Positions 25,741-37,665 of a DNA stretch of 57,822 bases are shown here, piece by piece. Origin of the DNA: Vitrella brassicaformis CCMP3155 (taxonomy: Eukaryota > Protista > Chromerida); assembly GCA_001179505.1 (NCBI GenBank), contig CDMY01000524.1:1-57822 (forward strand), read 5' to 3'. The notes below the pieces were generated by a model. It searched no databases and was not told the origin of the DNA. It saw only the letters and a program-made list of their open reading frames with translations. Position 1 is the stretch's first letter. Every line of letters starts with the position of its first letter. A program made the position numbers and the translations under genes.

Positions 25741-27462
25741 TACTGGGCTGCTGGTCATTGCAGTATGTATGTGGAGGCATATGCTATAGGTGTGCTCCAT
25801 ACACCTGCCCTCCCCTCCCCCAGCTGTTCGAATGTGCATTCAGGATTGGGTTGGTATCCTTATGGGCTTATTCCTGCAGCGGAAGTGAAGCTAGTGTGGA
25901 TGAGTAACGTCCGCTGCAGGCAGTGCTCACACACATGTCATTGATTGCTGCAGCAGATACACACGTACACGACACATGTCCCGATGGCTGAGATCTCGCC
26001 ATCGTTCGTACGTACCAACCAACGTATCCAAGTACACACACGAACGACACCCACAAACAAATCAATGCACGCAGCGCAGAGCTCTGACAGGACGTCCGCT
26101 CTCGCTCGTTCACTTCCATCGAATAGATGAGACACAGGTCACTACAGAGATAATGAAAGCAACACCGACCGACATGTATACACGCGACAGAGACACAGAC
26201 AATACCCACCCACCGTCATGTTCGTTCGCGCGCAAGACAAAACCGCGATGGATACGTAAGTAATTGTTGACCCGACAGCCCATTCCCCCTCTGCGCGGTC
26301 GTGTGCCTGTCCATGGCATGGATGGATGGACCGGCCTTCGTCTGATGTGACTTCATTTGCAGGGAGCACACAAACACGTGATGACTATGTATTTACAGAT
26401 GAATTGCGGTGGTGGCGCAAGGGGGGGCGTGAAGCATGTCTGTTCCCCCTCTGAACCTAAGCAGAGAACGCACGGAAACCGCCGAGCGCACTGTGTGGTG
26501 CACACTGCAGCGGAGGCCGGATACTGTCTACCTAGGTCCAGAGAAGGGAAGAAGGCGGACTAAAACCTCACTCATATCATTTGGATGGAATGGGAGAAAA
26601 CCCTACACTGCCTGCCTGCCTGCCTGTCTGCCTGCCTGGACGGCTCGATGGCTGGCTGCATCTCTATGCATCTGTGTACACATGAGGGTACCAACGTCAT
26701 TCGTACAGACAGACAGACAGACAGACAGACAGGACTCAGGACGAAAAACCCGACACAGGGGCGCTCCCCCCCTCCTCACCGCATCGACCCATCCACCCTC
26801 TGTGTGTGTGTGTGTGCCAGTACTCTACGGCGTGTAGGCATACCGCAAGAGGGCATGGCTAACTAGATGGGACACACCGGGTGACCGACCTCCCCCGCTG
26901 CTCGTGTGTTCATGCAACCGACAGACCTCGACGCACTCGGGCCATCATGAGAGTGACACGACCGTCTGCGGCAAGAGCACACCCAACCAACTGATGGGAG
27001 GTGCATCCCGGCACAAGAGAAAATGTATGTATGTGTGTATGCGGTATGCGCCCCCCGCCACCTCGCCCACACGAGTGAATGAATTATTGACAGACAGCTC
27101 GGAGAGAGGAAAGGAGAGAGAGAGAGAGTAAACGAAGGAGAGGACGTCAGAGAGGATGGCTTGGCTCACACACGGACGGACTTAAATATCACATGACATC
27201 CACACCGAGGCCAAAAGGCCAAAAGCAACAACACACAGGGAAAAACAAAACCACACCCACCCAGAGTGAATTATCCACACATGGACACACAGCAGCCAGA
27301 CTCGCCCTCATGCACACGGACAGACAGACATACGCGCAGAGAGCGACCAGTCTCCGTCCATCTCTCCCCTCCCAGCAGCATATTTAATTGTGGACCCACA
27401 CGAGCACCCAGCCATGCAGACAGGCAGACATAGACATTGCACTATGCAAGCAAACACGCGGG

Positions 27463-29450
27463 CTAGGCAGCGATCAGGTAAGAGCAAGACAGAGTCATCG
27501 ACTCGCCATATCGGCTGTCCACCAGCAGGCCCCTCTCAGCCAGCAGTCGGGTCGGGAAGCTCATCTGCACACTCCCGCCACCACCACCACCACTCTCACG
27601 GCCACTGTTCGACGATGCCTCGGTGTCCTGGTGATTGACCTCCTCGGTTGCCACAGAAGCAGCTGCTGTGGTGTTGGTGCTGTTGGTCCGGATGATCAGT
27701 CGGCGTAAGCGACCCCGCTGATCTCGCGTCGAGTCAAATCGCAACTCGGGCTCGGCACACACGAACCTGACCACACACATACAGCAGCACAGCGAATATG
27801 AGAACGAGCAAATGAGGCAGGCAGGCAGGCAGGCTTCCAGCCACGAATCGGCTCGTGAGTGAAGCCGCTCACTTGTATGCCTTCCACGCGGGCGGCTGCA
27901 CAGCACTCGCCACAATCGCACGGTGCTGAGCCACATGGCCGTTGTCCTCTTCTCGTTGTTGCGCTTCAGTCTTGCGCAGGAGCAGCTGCTCCAGCATGTG
28001 CAGACCGGCGAATGGATGGCCGGTCGCCGCGGTGTCGTTGGTACCCTCCGCCCCGGCTGCTGGCTTGGTCGTGGTGGTGTTGGTGGAGTAGGTCATGGCG
28101 TTGTGCGGTGGCAAGTTGGCCTCCCAAACTTGGACAGCATGCTGCACCGAGTTCTGACATCGACAGCCCATACCATACAGACAAGAAGGCATTCTCCGTA
28201 CGTACGCCTCGGGTGCCTTTTCTTGTGGCCAGCGCCTGTGCTTACGTAGACGACGAGACCGTGTTGCTGCTGCACTGTTGTTGGGGTGGTCTGGATGGTG
28301 GTGTTGTCCTCCTTCTCGAGAACCGCCATGAGCACACGCCCCTGCCTCTCCAGGCCGGCGCCCTCCCCAGCCCACATGCCGCCCCCGAAGAAGGCCACAC
28401 CCAGCAGCACCACAAACACCAACGAGAAGAACCGATTGAAGGAAGACGGGTTGACCAGGAAGGTATCGGCTATGGTCTGCTCGTCGGTCTCTGTGAGGGG
28501 CTGCGGCAGGTCCATCGAGAGGAATGAGGGAGGGGGAGGGAGAGGGGTGGGGTGGTGGTCCTGGCAGGGGTAGCAGAGGGGCGAGGGGTCCGGGTTGGCC
28601 CCACCCTGCGAGCCATGGGAGGACTCGACGGTACTCTCGGTGGTGCTGGTGGGAGAGGGCGGCTCGAGAGCCGCCGCCACTGGGGCGGGAGTGTAGTGGA
28701 CGGGCTGCTGCGAGAGGCCGTGGCTCGCCAGCTGCAGGGACAGCTCCTGGTTATGGGTAGTGAGTTGCGCCACATCTCGAATCAGCCGAGCGTTGTCCTG
28801 CTTCAGCTCAGAGTTCTCCCTGCAGCCAATGAAACCGAAGGACACATTCGGGGGGAAGCCGTGCATCTCCTGTTTCACATCCTTTCTCTCGAGTATACCT
28901 ACCTATGCAGGTGCTGATTCTCGGCCGACAGTCTCTCCACCCGCTCCTGCAGGTCACGCATGAGACGCTTCTGCCGGTCCCGGTGCGCCTGGGCACTCAG
29001 TCGATTGCGCAGCTTCTGAGAGGACACACGATAGATGCGGCAAGCAGGTGCACAGCACACATGCACACCCACCTGCTGGCTCATTCTCTCCTCCTCTTCC
29101 GAAGCCGTCCGCTTCCTCTTGGGCTGGCTTCGGCTGGCAGTGGGTGTGGGATCCGTTGGCGCATGCGAGAACGATATGGGCCATGAGGACGACACCTTAC
29201 CAGGCTCCGTCTTGACCACCGGCGTTGTTGCGAGTGGCGGCGGGAAGGTAGCGGGGAAGAGGTGCGGCGGGAGAGGAGTGAGCGCCCCGCTGTAGGCGAG
29301 GCTGCAGGGGTCTGCCGACGGGATGCTGCTGGTGTTGGTGGGCGTCGTCATGACGGAGGAGGGGTCCTCCTGTGGCCGCCGGGAGATGGCGATGTGCGGG
29401 TGTGCAGATCTCTCTGTCTTGATGGTCAGCTGGGCAGGGAACGTCGTCAT
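27463..29450 (-). CDS. Membrane-tethered bZIP transcription factor (ATF6/CREB3/bZIP28-like architecture)
   Basis: Basic region KLRNRLSAQAHRDRQKRLMRDLQERVERLSAENQHLHR with continuing heptads ENSELKQDNARL; TM FFSLVFVVLLGVAFFGGG; RVLM motif after the TM; last exon KFVCAEPEL...MTLSCSYLIAA*. Confidence 0.8.
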
Positions 29451-29593
29451 GGCGGTCGCCGAGACGTATTCGGGGTGCAGCGAGGCGAGAGAGTATGCGA
29501 GCTATGCAGGGGATTGCGAAAGATCCGCGGCCGCAGATCTCCCTTTCCATTTCCCCGCTGAGAGCACTCCTTGCCAAGATCCACCCTGCGACG

Positions 29594-30654
29594 ATGAAGC
29601 CCATTGTGTTGACCGTCCTCTCTGCTGCAGGTGTGCACCACTCACAGTGACATGAAGGATGCCTGCTGAAATGCGGGCTGTGGCTGCGGGTGTGCGCGTG
29701 CGTGTGTGCAGTGGTGACTGGGTTCGTCATTCCGTCGCCAAGGAGTCCTTCGAGCGGGGATGCGTCGAACCTCTACACCAAGAGGGTGAGCGGAGGGTGG
29801 GAGAGGGAGGGACAGAGACGGCGCGAGAGAGACAAGGAAGACCTAGATGCATGTGTCTCTGTCAGCGGCGCCGCTCATCCGACAGGTTGTCCCGCATGGA
29901 TGCCATCGTTGGCGCCCAACCTGCTGTGGTACGAGAAACGAGATCGGTCATTCGTGTCACGTCACACTGGCTTGCATTCTGAATGCACGTGTGTGTGTGT
30001 GCTCATGTGTGTGTGCGTCTGAACAGAAGCAGGAGTGGAAATCTGTCCTTGAAGTGGACGAGATAGCCCCCGGCGACCTCATGCCGATCGAGGTGCGCTG
30101 CGCGTCAGCTGTTCACATACACACACATGCAGTGACAGGCACGGCACGCACCGCACCGTTGGTGTGCTGTGTGTAGGTGAATGGCCTGAAGCTGCTACTG
30201 GTGGCTGAGGCGAAGGATGGCACCATTTATTGTGTGGGCAACGCATCACCCCCCCTGGGCACGCCCCTCGAAGAGGTCGGTGGGCACCAATATATGTCGC
30301 GTACACCGATGTGTCCTTCGTATGCAAATCGGTTTCTATGCATATGCATATGCGTTCATCGTGTGACCTGATCAGGGCGAGGTGAAGGACGGCAAGGTCA
30401 TCTGCCCCAACTATCGGACCGCCTTCGACCTGTCCACCGGTGAAGTGGTCGGCGAGTGGTGCCCCTTCCCGCCCGTCATCGGCTTCCTCACGGGCAAGCT
30501 CAGCCCCCAGCGGCCCCTCAACACCTTCCCGGTGCGGCAGCAGGGCAAGATGATCCAGGTGCAGGTGGACGTCATGGCAAAGGCCAACTTCGAGAGGAAG
30601 TACTGGAAGGGCCTCCTCGACGCACAGGGCAAGGCTGATGGTGGCTACTACTAG
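29594..30654 (+). CDS. Plastid-targeted Rieske-like protein lacking Fe-S ligands (PSB33/TEF5-like)
   Basis: Spliced MKPIVLTVLSAA..TG-FVIP leader; EWKSVLEVDEIAPGDLMPIE | VNGLKLLLV..NASPPLGTPLEE | GEVKDGKVICPNYRTAFDLSTGEVVGEWCPFPPVIG...FPVR; stop at 30652-30654. Confidence 0.8.
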
Positions 30655-31327
30655 ACAGAGACGGAAGGGCGGTTGAACGGAGGGAGGTTGTGTGATGCAT
30701 TGCATGTCGATTTTCGCGGATGCGTGTACATTTGCGCACACGATTTTGCCGCAACAAACGTGTGGACTGACTCGCTACTCTTGCTGCCCTTCCTTCCGTA
30801 TATGTGCATTCATGCGAGTGAGGTCGATTTGTCATGGGCGGCGTGGTTTCCCGATTTTCCGATGGATGACGCTCATCCACACGGCACGCGCACACGGGGG
30901 AGGGAGGGAGGAGGGAGGCTTGTCGATCATGTGTGATGTCGTGCAGTAAGGCGTTCTCGTGCTGCATTGGGCAACATGAAGGGCGCTGTTCGTTGCGCAA
31001 CACACCGACTTTCAGACCAGTGAACACGTTGAGCTACGAAGACAGTTCACTCAAGTTTGCTTCAACCCGAATATATGTATATGCAAAAGTCGACGTCTAT
31101 GAGGGTTGCATATAGCGGACTTCCATGCCATCTCAATCTCAGTGATGGACAAAGCGACACACATGCACACACACAGCCGATGGGTCTGTGGCCGCCACCA
31201 TCACCACATCAAAAGTTGAAAACGCACGGCACATCTGTCCAGCCCTCTGTCGGCATGCCCCCATCTGCACTGATGTGGCCACACTGACACGCACGGTCAC
31301 TCGCTCAACACACGAGAGTTGAACGAC

Positions 31328-32749
31328 TCAGTCTACGGCTACGTCCAGCCGGTTGCCGAACGCCACTTGTGCGTCGGCTCCCATCACCTTCCGCACCACT
31401 CTCACTGTCTGGGTGAACCTGGCGGCTCCGACCCCCATGACGGGACGCTCCGTCGTGAAGAGGAAGGCGTGGGCACTGATGGAGCTGCTGTAGATGAAGA
31501 TGTGTGCCGTAAATGTGTGGTTGGGCTGGTCGCCGTGCAGCACTATCACGCGGAAAAAGACTCCTCCTAGCCCGCGGAGGGCAAATTGGCGGAAGGTGCT
31601 GATGGTGTGGCGGTTCCAGACGGGCGGCTGCTGAGTCAAGAGCTGACGCTGAAGAGAACGAGAGATATGACAATGAGTGGGGGGGCTGCTGGTGAGAAAC
31701 TCGTGTGGGTGTGGGTGTGAGTGACCAGACGGTGGTAGCGTGCGTTGGCATCGTTGTGCGGGTAGACAAGATGGTCCGCGACCTCCGATCCTCCAGAACA
31801 CATCCTGATCAGACACATGATGGCAGGACGGTGCAGCCACTGTGTGTTTGTGCATCATTCTCCTCATCTTCCTCACCGACACAACACAGCGTCGCGAACT
31901 GAAGCATAGTCATTACCTGCAAACACACATACACACACGCACACACGTGGTCCATTGCCCATAGCTCTCTGCCCCCCTCCCCACCTCCGTCATCCTCACA
32001 CACGGGGTTGGCGGGGTCGAGTCCATTGTGGAAGGGGTGGCCGGCCGGCAGCGTCTGCAGTGTGCGGATGGTGAGGGGACTCCCACCGAGCCGCTCCTCG
32101 CCATCATCGTCGCGCTCCAGAGCGATGTTGATGTGGCGCTGGATGAGTGAGAGCTGCCGCAGCGCCTCACACCGCCCGTCGAACACCGCCCGCCTGCCCA
32201 CCCCCTCCACATCAGCACCGGTCAGCTCTATCGGCAACCGCTCCACCCGCTCCTGGTGCTTGGCCACCCTCACTATGGGCTCCCACCCCGCCCACTCGCC
32301 GCTGTTGTCGATGAAGTACACCAGCCGCAGCAGACGACCGATGGAAGTCAGGTCAGGGGAGAGCGTGATGATGTCTTTGATGCCCTTGGCGGCCAGCTGG
32401 GCGTCTATTTTTTCCTTGACGCGCTGCAGCAGAGTGCTCTCGATGGTCTCCTTGTTATGGTGCAGCCGCCGCTGTTGCTGGGTGAGGGATCTGCTGGCGA
32501 TCTGTGCGAGGAGTGCGCGTCCGTTGGCCTCCGAGCGGGCCACTTGGCTGATCAAGAAGGGTAGCGGTTCTTGAGGGCTGGTGGGGCGGCCGTGGCCCGA
32601 CGAGGACATTGCCTGATGGATGGATGGAACCAACATGACAGCAGAGAGGCACCGTGAATCTCTGTGTGTGCATCCTTCACCTGTGGCTGAGGCAAGTGGG
32701 CTACATGGGCAGCAGCAGCAGCGGACGAGGACGACGCTGCAGCCGCCAT
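31328..32749 (-). CDS. Distant family-1 homologue
   Basis: Shares LPIELTG.D...VG..AVFD.R.EALRQ, DPANP, QQPPVW..TI and RVIVLHGD with copies A-D, plus a similar first exon (MAAAASSSS..PQ|) and micro-exon. Confidence 0.72.
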
Positions 32750-32786
32750 GCCAGATGCAAGAAGGAGAGGGGCGAGGGATTCAAGG

Positions 32787-32812
32787 GTAGGGTTTCAAAC
32801 CCTGAACCCTAC
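32787..32812. promoter_or_regulatory. Telomere-repeat-like palindrome GTAGGGTTTCAAACCCTGAACCCTAC just upstream of a start codon
   Basis: Opposed TAGGGTTT and AAACCCT(G/A) units about 40 bp upstream of the ATG at 32749; function inferred. Confidence 0.4.
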
Positions 32813-33177
32813 GAGCTGTGGCGTTGCGTGCCTTTTTCACAGCTGTGCGTTGCAATTGGTGCGTTGTGAGTGTGGCGCATTCGGCCGAGGGAACGGCAAA
32901 GTGAATCAGCGGAGTCATCCGTAACACCGCCGCCCTGTGAGGATGGCGGGCCGCTGAGCCAGGTGAGGGCTGCGCTGCATCAGGCCAGGTGAGGGCTGCA
33001 GTGGGCCACACTGGCTCTGCAATGACTGCAGATCTCAGCGCAGGATTCATCATCCGGCGGATGGGCGTAGCTGACTGAGGGAGGCGATAGCAGCATACAG
33101 GTGAGATGATTCAATGGACTCATCCATCCATCCACCCACCGTGTGTTTGGTTCGTGCAGCTTGGTTGCCTCATCGCA

Positions 33178-34476
33178 ATGGCGGCCTCCAGCTCTGCTGG
33201 TGGTGGTGGTGGTGGTGGTGTTAGTGTGCCCAAGTGCAGTGTGTGTAAGGATGAATACCAATCGGACGGCGACAAGGCACCCCACGTCCTCAGATGCGGT
33301 GAGCAATGCACACACACCGCACACAAGGCCAACACGTGGATCAGTGTGGCTCTGTCTGGTGTGTTTGGTGGTTTCTGTTTGCTCAGGCCATTCCTGCTGT
33401 GCGGCGGTGAGTGAGTGGGAACTTAAACGAGTGTTGGTGACAATGGCATGCCATGTGTGTGTCTGCAGTGCGTCAGAGGGCTCATCCGCACACACCCACA
33501 TGGCCGTCGTGCTGCCAAGTGCGCCATCTGCAGGTACGCATACGTATCAACGCGACACACATGGGTGAGTGAATGGCCTCATGGCTTCTCCCTCCTTTGT
33601 GTGTCCATCGGTCGATCAGGGCGGCGACTGCGGAGATCGACGTCCGTCCCAACCACGGCATGAGAGAGGCCATGGCGGCGCTGCTGGCGATTCACATGCA
33701 GACGGTGCAAACAATCCGACAGACAATGTGACTTCGGCAGCCATGGTCGCATGTGTGTGCCGCTGTGTGTTGTTGGCAGGTTGATGTGCCGCAGGGCACT
33801 TCGCTGACACGGCAGGAGTACTACGGCCTGCTGGGGCTGCTGGGGGACCATACCATGAAGCTGCAGTCCGTCTACCGGTTCGTATGCAGCCGACACGCAC
33901 ACACACACACTCGCTCACACTATCCATCCATGTGACAAGTTTTTCTCTTTTTTTTTGTCTCTGTGTGTGTGTGTGTGCATCAGGGCATCGCGTGACGGCA
34001 CGACCTACGCCGATCTACTGCGGTGTGTCGGCGACAAGCAGCGCCTGGCGTTTGTCATTCGCAAGGACAACTACGTCTTCGGCGCCTTCATCAGTGCCGG
34101 TCTGAAGCTGCCCGACGACCCGACCGACTGGCACGAGTACGACTGTGACTACGACTGTGACGTGTGGCATTTCTCGCTGGCCGGGCACTTCCCCCAGCCG
34201 ACCAAGATCGAGTCGGGGCAGTATGTGTGGGTGGCGGGGAGGGAGAAGAGTGGGTTGGGTGGGAATGTGGGGATCGGTGACAATATGTGGCTGGGTGTCA
34301 GTGGCCGGCCGGCTGCCGACATCCGCAGCTGCTTTCAGTACACCTACAGCCACCAGGTGCCCGCGGGCTATGTGGGGGTGAGATGTACGGACCCCGCACA
34401 GTGCAGTGCACTGCTGGGCGGGTCGTATCAGTTTTGTGCGGATGAGATAGAGGTGCTGCACGTGGGCGGGACATGA
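33178..34476 (+). CDS. RING finger (C3HC4) plus TLDc domain protein
   Basis: Spliced CSVC..PHVLRC|GHSCCAA|CV..CAICR. Last exon has ASRDG, YVFGAF, FSLAGHF and GGSYQFCADEIEVLHV, typical of TLDc. Confidence 0.82.
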
Positions 34477-35243
34477 GGGCGGTAGGTCAGTGACAAAGGG
34501 AGGGGGAGGATGTGTCTGTGTGTGAGGTGTCTGTCATGAGATTCCTCTTTTCTCCCCATGTACAGGAGGGCTCTGTGGATTGTGTGTGTATATGGCGCAC
34601 GGGCTGTCTGTCTGCACAGCTTATTCCATATGTCCATTGCATCGCTTCTGAGGGCCAAAGAGACTGACTCACTGATGTGATCGACTCAATGCACCTGCTG
34701 CATCTGTCGTGTTGATCTCTGTCTGTGTGTGTCTGTCCAGCTAATGGCAACGCCACACTCTCTCACTCCCTGTCCATCGGTATGCACCATGCACAGACAA
34801 AGAGAGTCGACAGGGACAGACCGAAACGAATCAAAACAAACCCCAAGACAGCCACACAGATGGCCACAGGTAGGCTATGTAACATCGGATGTCTCTGGTC
34901 TCTCACGCACACGTGGGTCCTCCGCTTGCAAAAGGGCGGACATCAAGTTCGTCGGTCAGCAGGTTCTGTGCGTGGCGAGGTCCGGCTGCTGCGTGCGTGG
35001 GGTGTTTTCATGACCCATTGATGTGGGACTGACTTGTGCTTTCCATCCTGAGGCGGCCACAAAGAGACTTTACCTTTGGCAGGCCGGCTAGCTCTCTCAA
35101 TGGACAGACAAAAACGCCACGAAAGCATATGTACAATCAATGGTGGGGCCATTCGTTGTCCATCCATTCGTGCCGTTCGTTGTCCATCCATTCGTCTCAT
35201 GCAACTCAGATACACTCACACACATACACACAGATGTCTATCG

Positions 35244-37323
35244 TCAGCTTCGTCGGTGGGCGATGGAGAGCTTGTTGTCATCATGCTGCAGCACGATGAT
35301 CGTGCCGCATACGTACGCGAGCTGTTCATGATCAGGTACGGCAGACTCGAGCAGGTCGCGTGTGGCGGCGTCAAGGCCCAGCAGGTTGAGCACCACCATC
35401 TCGCACGAGAGCTGCATTAGCGATCTCAAGCTGCGACACGCGAACTCCACAACGTCAGTGACCCCGGCAGGGACTGACACAGAGATCAACACACGCACAC
35501 ACACAGAGACGTTCACTTACTCACTGATGGGCCGTCTCTGGCACAAGACGGACGAACCTGTGAGGTCGACAATGAGGTACTGGATGGCGACCCATCCATT
35601 TCCGTGCTCCTCTTACTCGATGCCGCCACTACCCACCCCCTCCAGCTCACCCAGGTGCACCAGGCTCAGCTCCCCACTCCTTGAGTCGCACCCTATGGCA
35701 TCCGCAATTCTCACCGCCTCCCCCTTGGGAATACTGTTGACTAACAGCTGCTGCAAGTTGGGCATCTTGCTTGCCAGCTCGATGCCGACTGCCGCCGTCA
35801 TGCGCTCGCTGATCACCAGAGCTGACGCCTGAGGTATCGGCTGCATCTCCTCGATGATGGCGACGGCAGCGAGGCCAGGAGCGGGGGCGGGAGGGGCTGC
35901 AGGGGCTTGGAGAAGCGAGTCGATATTGGCAACCAACACCCTTGTGGCCTTGTCGAATGCAAGGCCTCTGGCCAAGTCGAGCATAGCAGGTGTGGGCGTG
36001 TCGAGAGGGGTGGAGAGGGTGGAATTGAGGCCTACGGACACCTGAGCCGCCTGCTGGGCCAGCTGCCGCAGGACGGTCTTGAGGATGGGGGAGCTGGCGG
36101 GAGGGAAGAGGGCGCTTTGTAGCAGCACCAGATCGAATATGCCGACGCCCCCAGTCAACGTGAGAGGGACGTTGTCGACGCACACGGCATTCGCGAATTC
36201 CTGGAGGTCCTCGGCGAAAAGGAAAACCGGGTGGCTCACCATCGCCTCGTCGACGAGTTTGACCTTCAGCGACCTGAGGGACCGACAGCAGCCTCGTGCC
36301 ACGAGAATCAACTGCAGCGAATACAGAGAGGAAGCAAGAAAGCGGATGGAAACGCAAGTAGCATTTAACACGTGTTGTCCGTCTGCTGACCTGCAGTTCA
36401 GACGCCCAGCCATCCAGCTCCTGCAAATTGAACAAGACGCCGCGGGTCTCAATCGGCCCGATACCCTCCAAGTTCGCCAGCGGCCCCTGATGCCTCTCAG
36501 CTGCGACAGGCACCTGCTCCAACACCTCAGCCTTCTGGTCAACCGTCGAGGACACATCGAATGCTCTTAAACACCGCGACGAGCTGACGAGCGGTCCCAG
36601 TGTGTCGACGTGCTCGTGCGCCTGCACACGCTGCAGCGACGGGACGCGCCAGCCGCGGCTGCCGATGCCACGATGGTGGGCAGTGAGGCCGCTGATGGAT
36701 GTGAGGGCGGGGAGGGACGGGGGAGGGGCATGCACAGGGGGGAGGATGGGATTGATGCGTCCGACAGACAGCATCTCCTCCTGGCTGAGCTCAGCCGCCT
36801 CAAATGTGATTGCCGTGAGTGAGCCGTCAGCGATGTCGGCCTCCTCTCCCCGCCTCTCCGCCTCTCTTCTCTTCTCCGCGACCATCGCCCTGCGGGCCTC
36901 CGTGTGGCCTTCGATGAGTGCCGTGATGACGTCCAGACACCAGGCGCCCTCGCCAGCCGGGTGACAGCACCAGGTGCGGGTGAGTTTGGGCATGCGGCCG
37001 CCCCACCTCTTGGCCACGTTGACGGGCATCGCCTGCCAGAAGGCCCTGTCGGCGGCCCGGGAGCAGTCGATGTCCAGCTGGCGGCACTGAGCCCCGGCCT
37101 CCATGGAGATGCTGTTGCTGAAGAGCGGCCAGACGCCGAATCCCGAAATGAGAATGAGGTCTTCACGCGGCAGACGCCTCCCAGCCTGCAACAGCAAGGA
37201 AATGGACACAAGAACACGCGTACGTGGACTTCCTTCCGGGCTTGCCTGTCCCTCATTGATTGGCCCTCGTCCCGACTGATGAATCAAACGAAAAGATGTG
37301 CCACCAGTGGTCGTGCTACTCAT
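35244..37323 (-). CDS. Family-2 lineage-specific protein, copy 1
   Basis: Long ORFs 35647-37332 and 35613-36557 joined by introns; motif FWQAMP..VA.RWG.RM..L...WC..LIEGH.E.R shared with the next two genes. Confidence 0.7.
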
Positions 37324-37442
37324 CCTGCACACATGGCATCAATACGTCATTTGAATGGGAGGCGCTCAACTCGCGAGTGAGTGCTGGTCTCACCTGCATA
37401 GGTTCTCGTGAGATTCTGAACTGCAGTTTCTCCTCAGCGCCT

Positions 37443-37466
37443 GGGTTCAGGTTTCAGGGTTTCGGG
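37443..37466. promoter_or_regulatory. Telomere-like GGGTTCAGGTTTCAGGGTTTCGGG tract in a divergent spacer
   Basis: Three degenerate TTYAGGG-like units between starts at 37323 and 37666. Confidence 0.35.
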
Positions 37467-37665
37467 ATTCAAGCTCGCGATCCATCGAAAAATGCGCAGG
37501 GAGGCCCTCTCGCCGACTCTGACGACTACGTAAGGAGTGAAGTCCGTTCATTCATCCATCATTTCCATCAATCTGATTTCGTTGTTGCTTGGTTGTTGCT
37601 CGCCGAAGGCAAATTGGCCGAAGGAAGCGAAGGAGAAGCAACGGCCAGGCCATTCGCTGCTCACG

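Noticed and set aside
37315-37430. Possible spliced uORF (MQ|DE*) overlapping the family-2 copy 1 start
   Set aside because: Relies on an unverified 5' intron; cannot be supported without transcripts.
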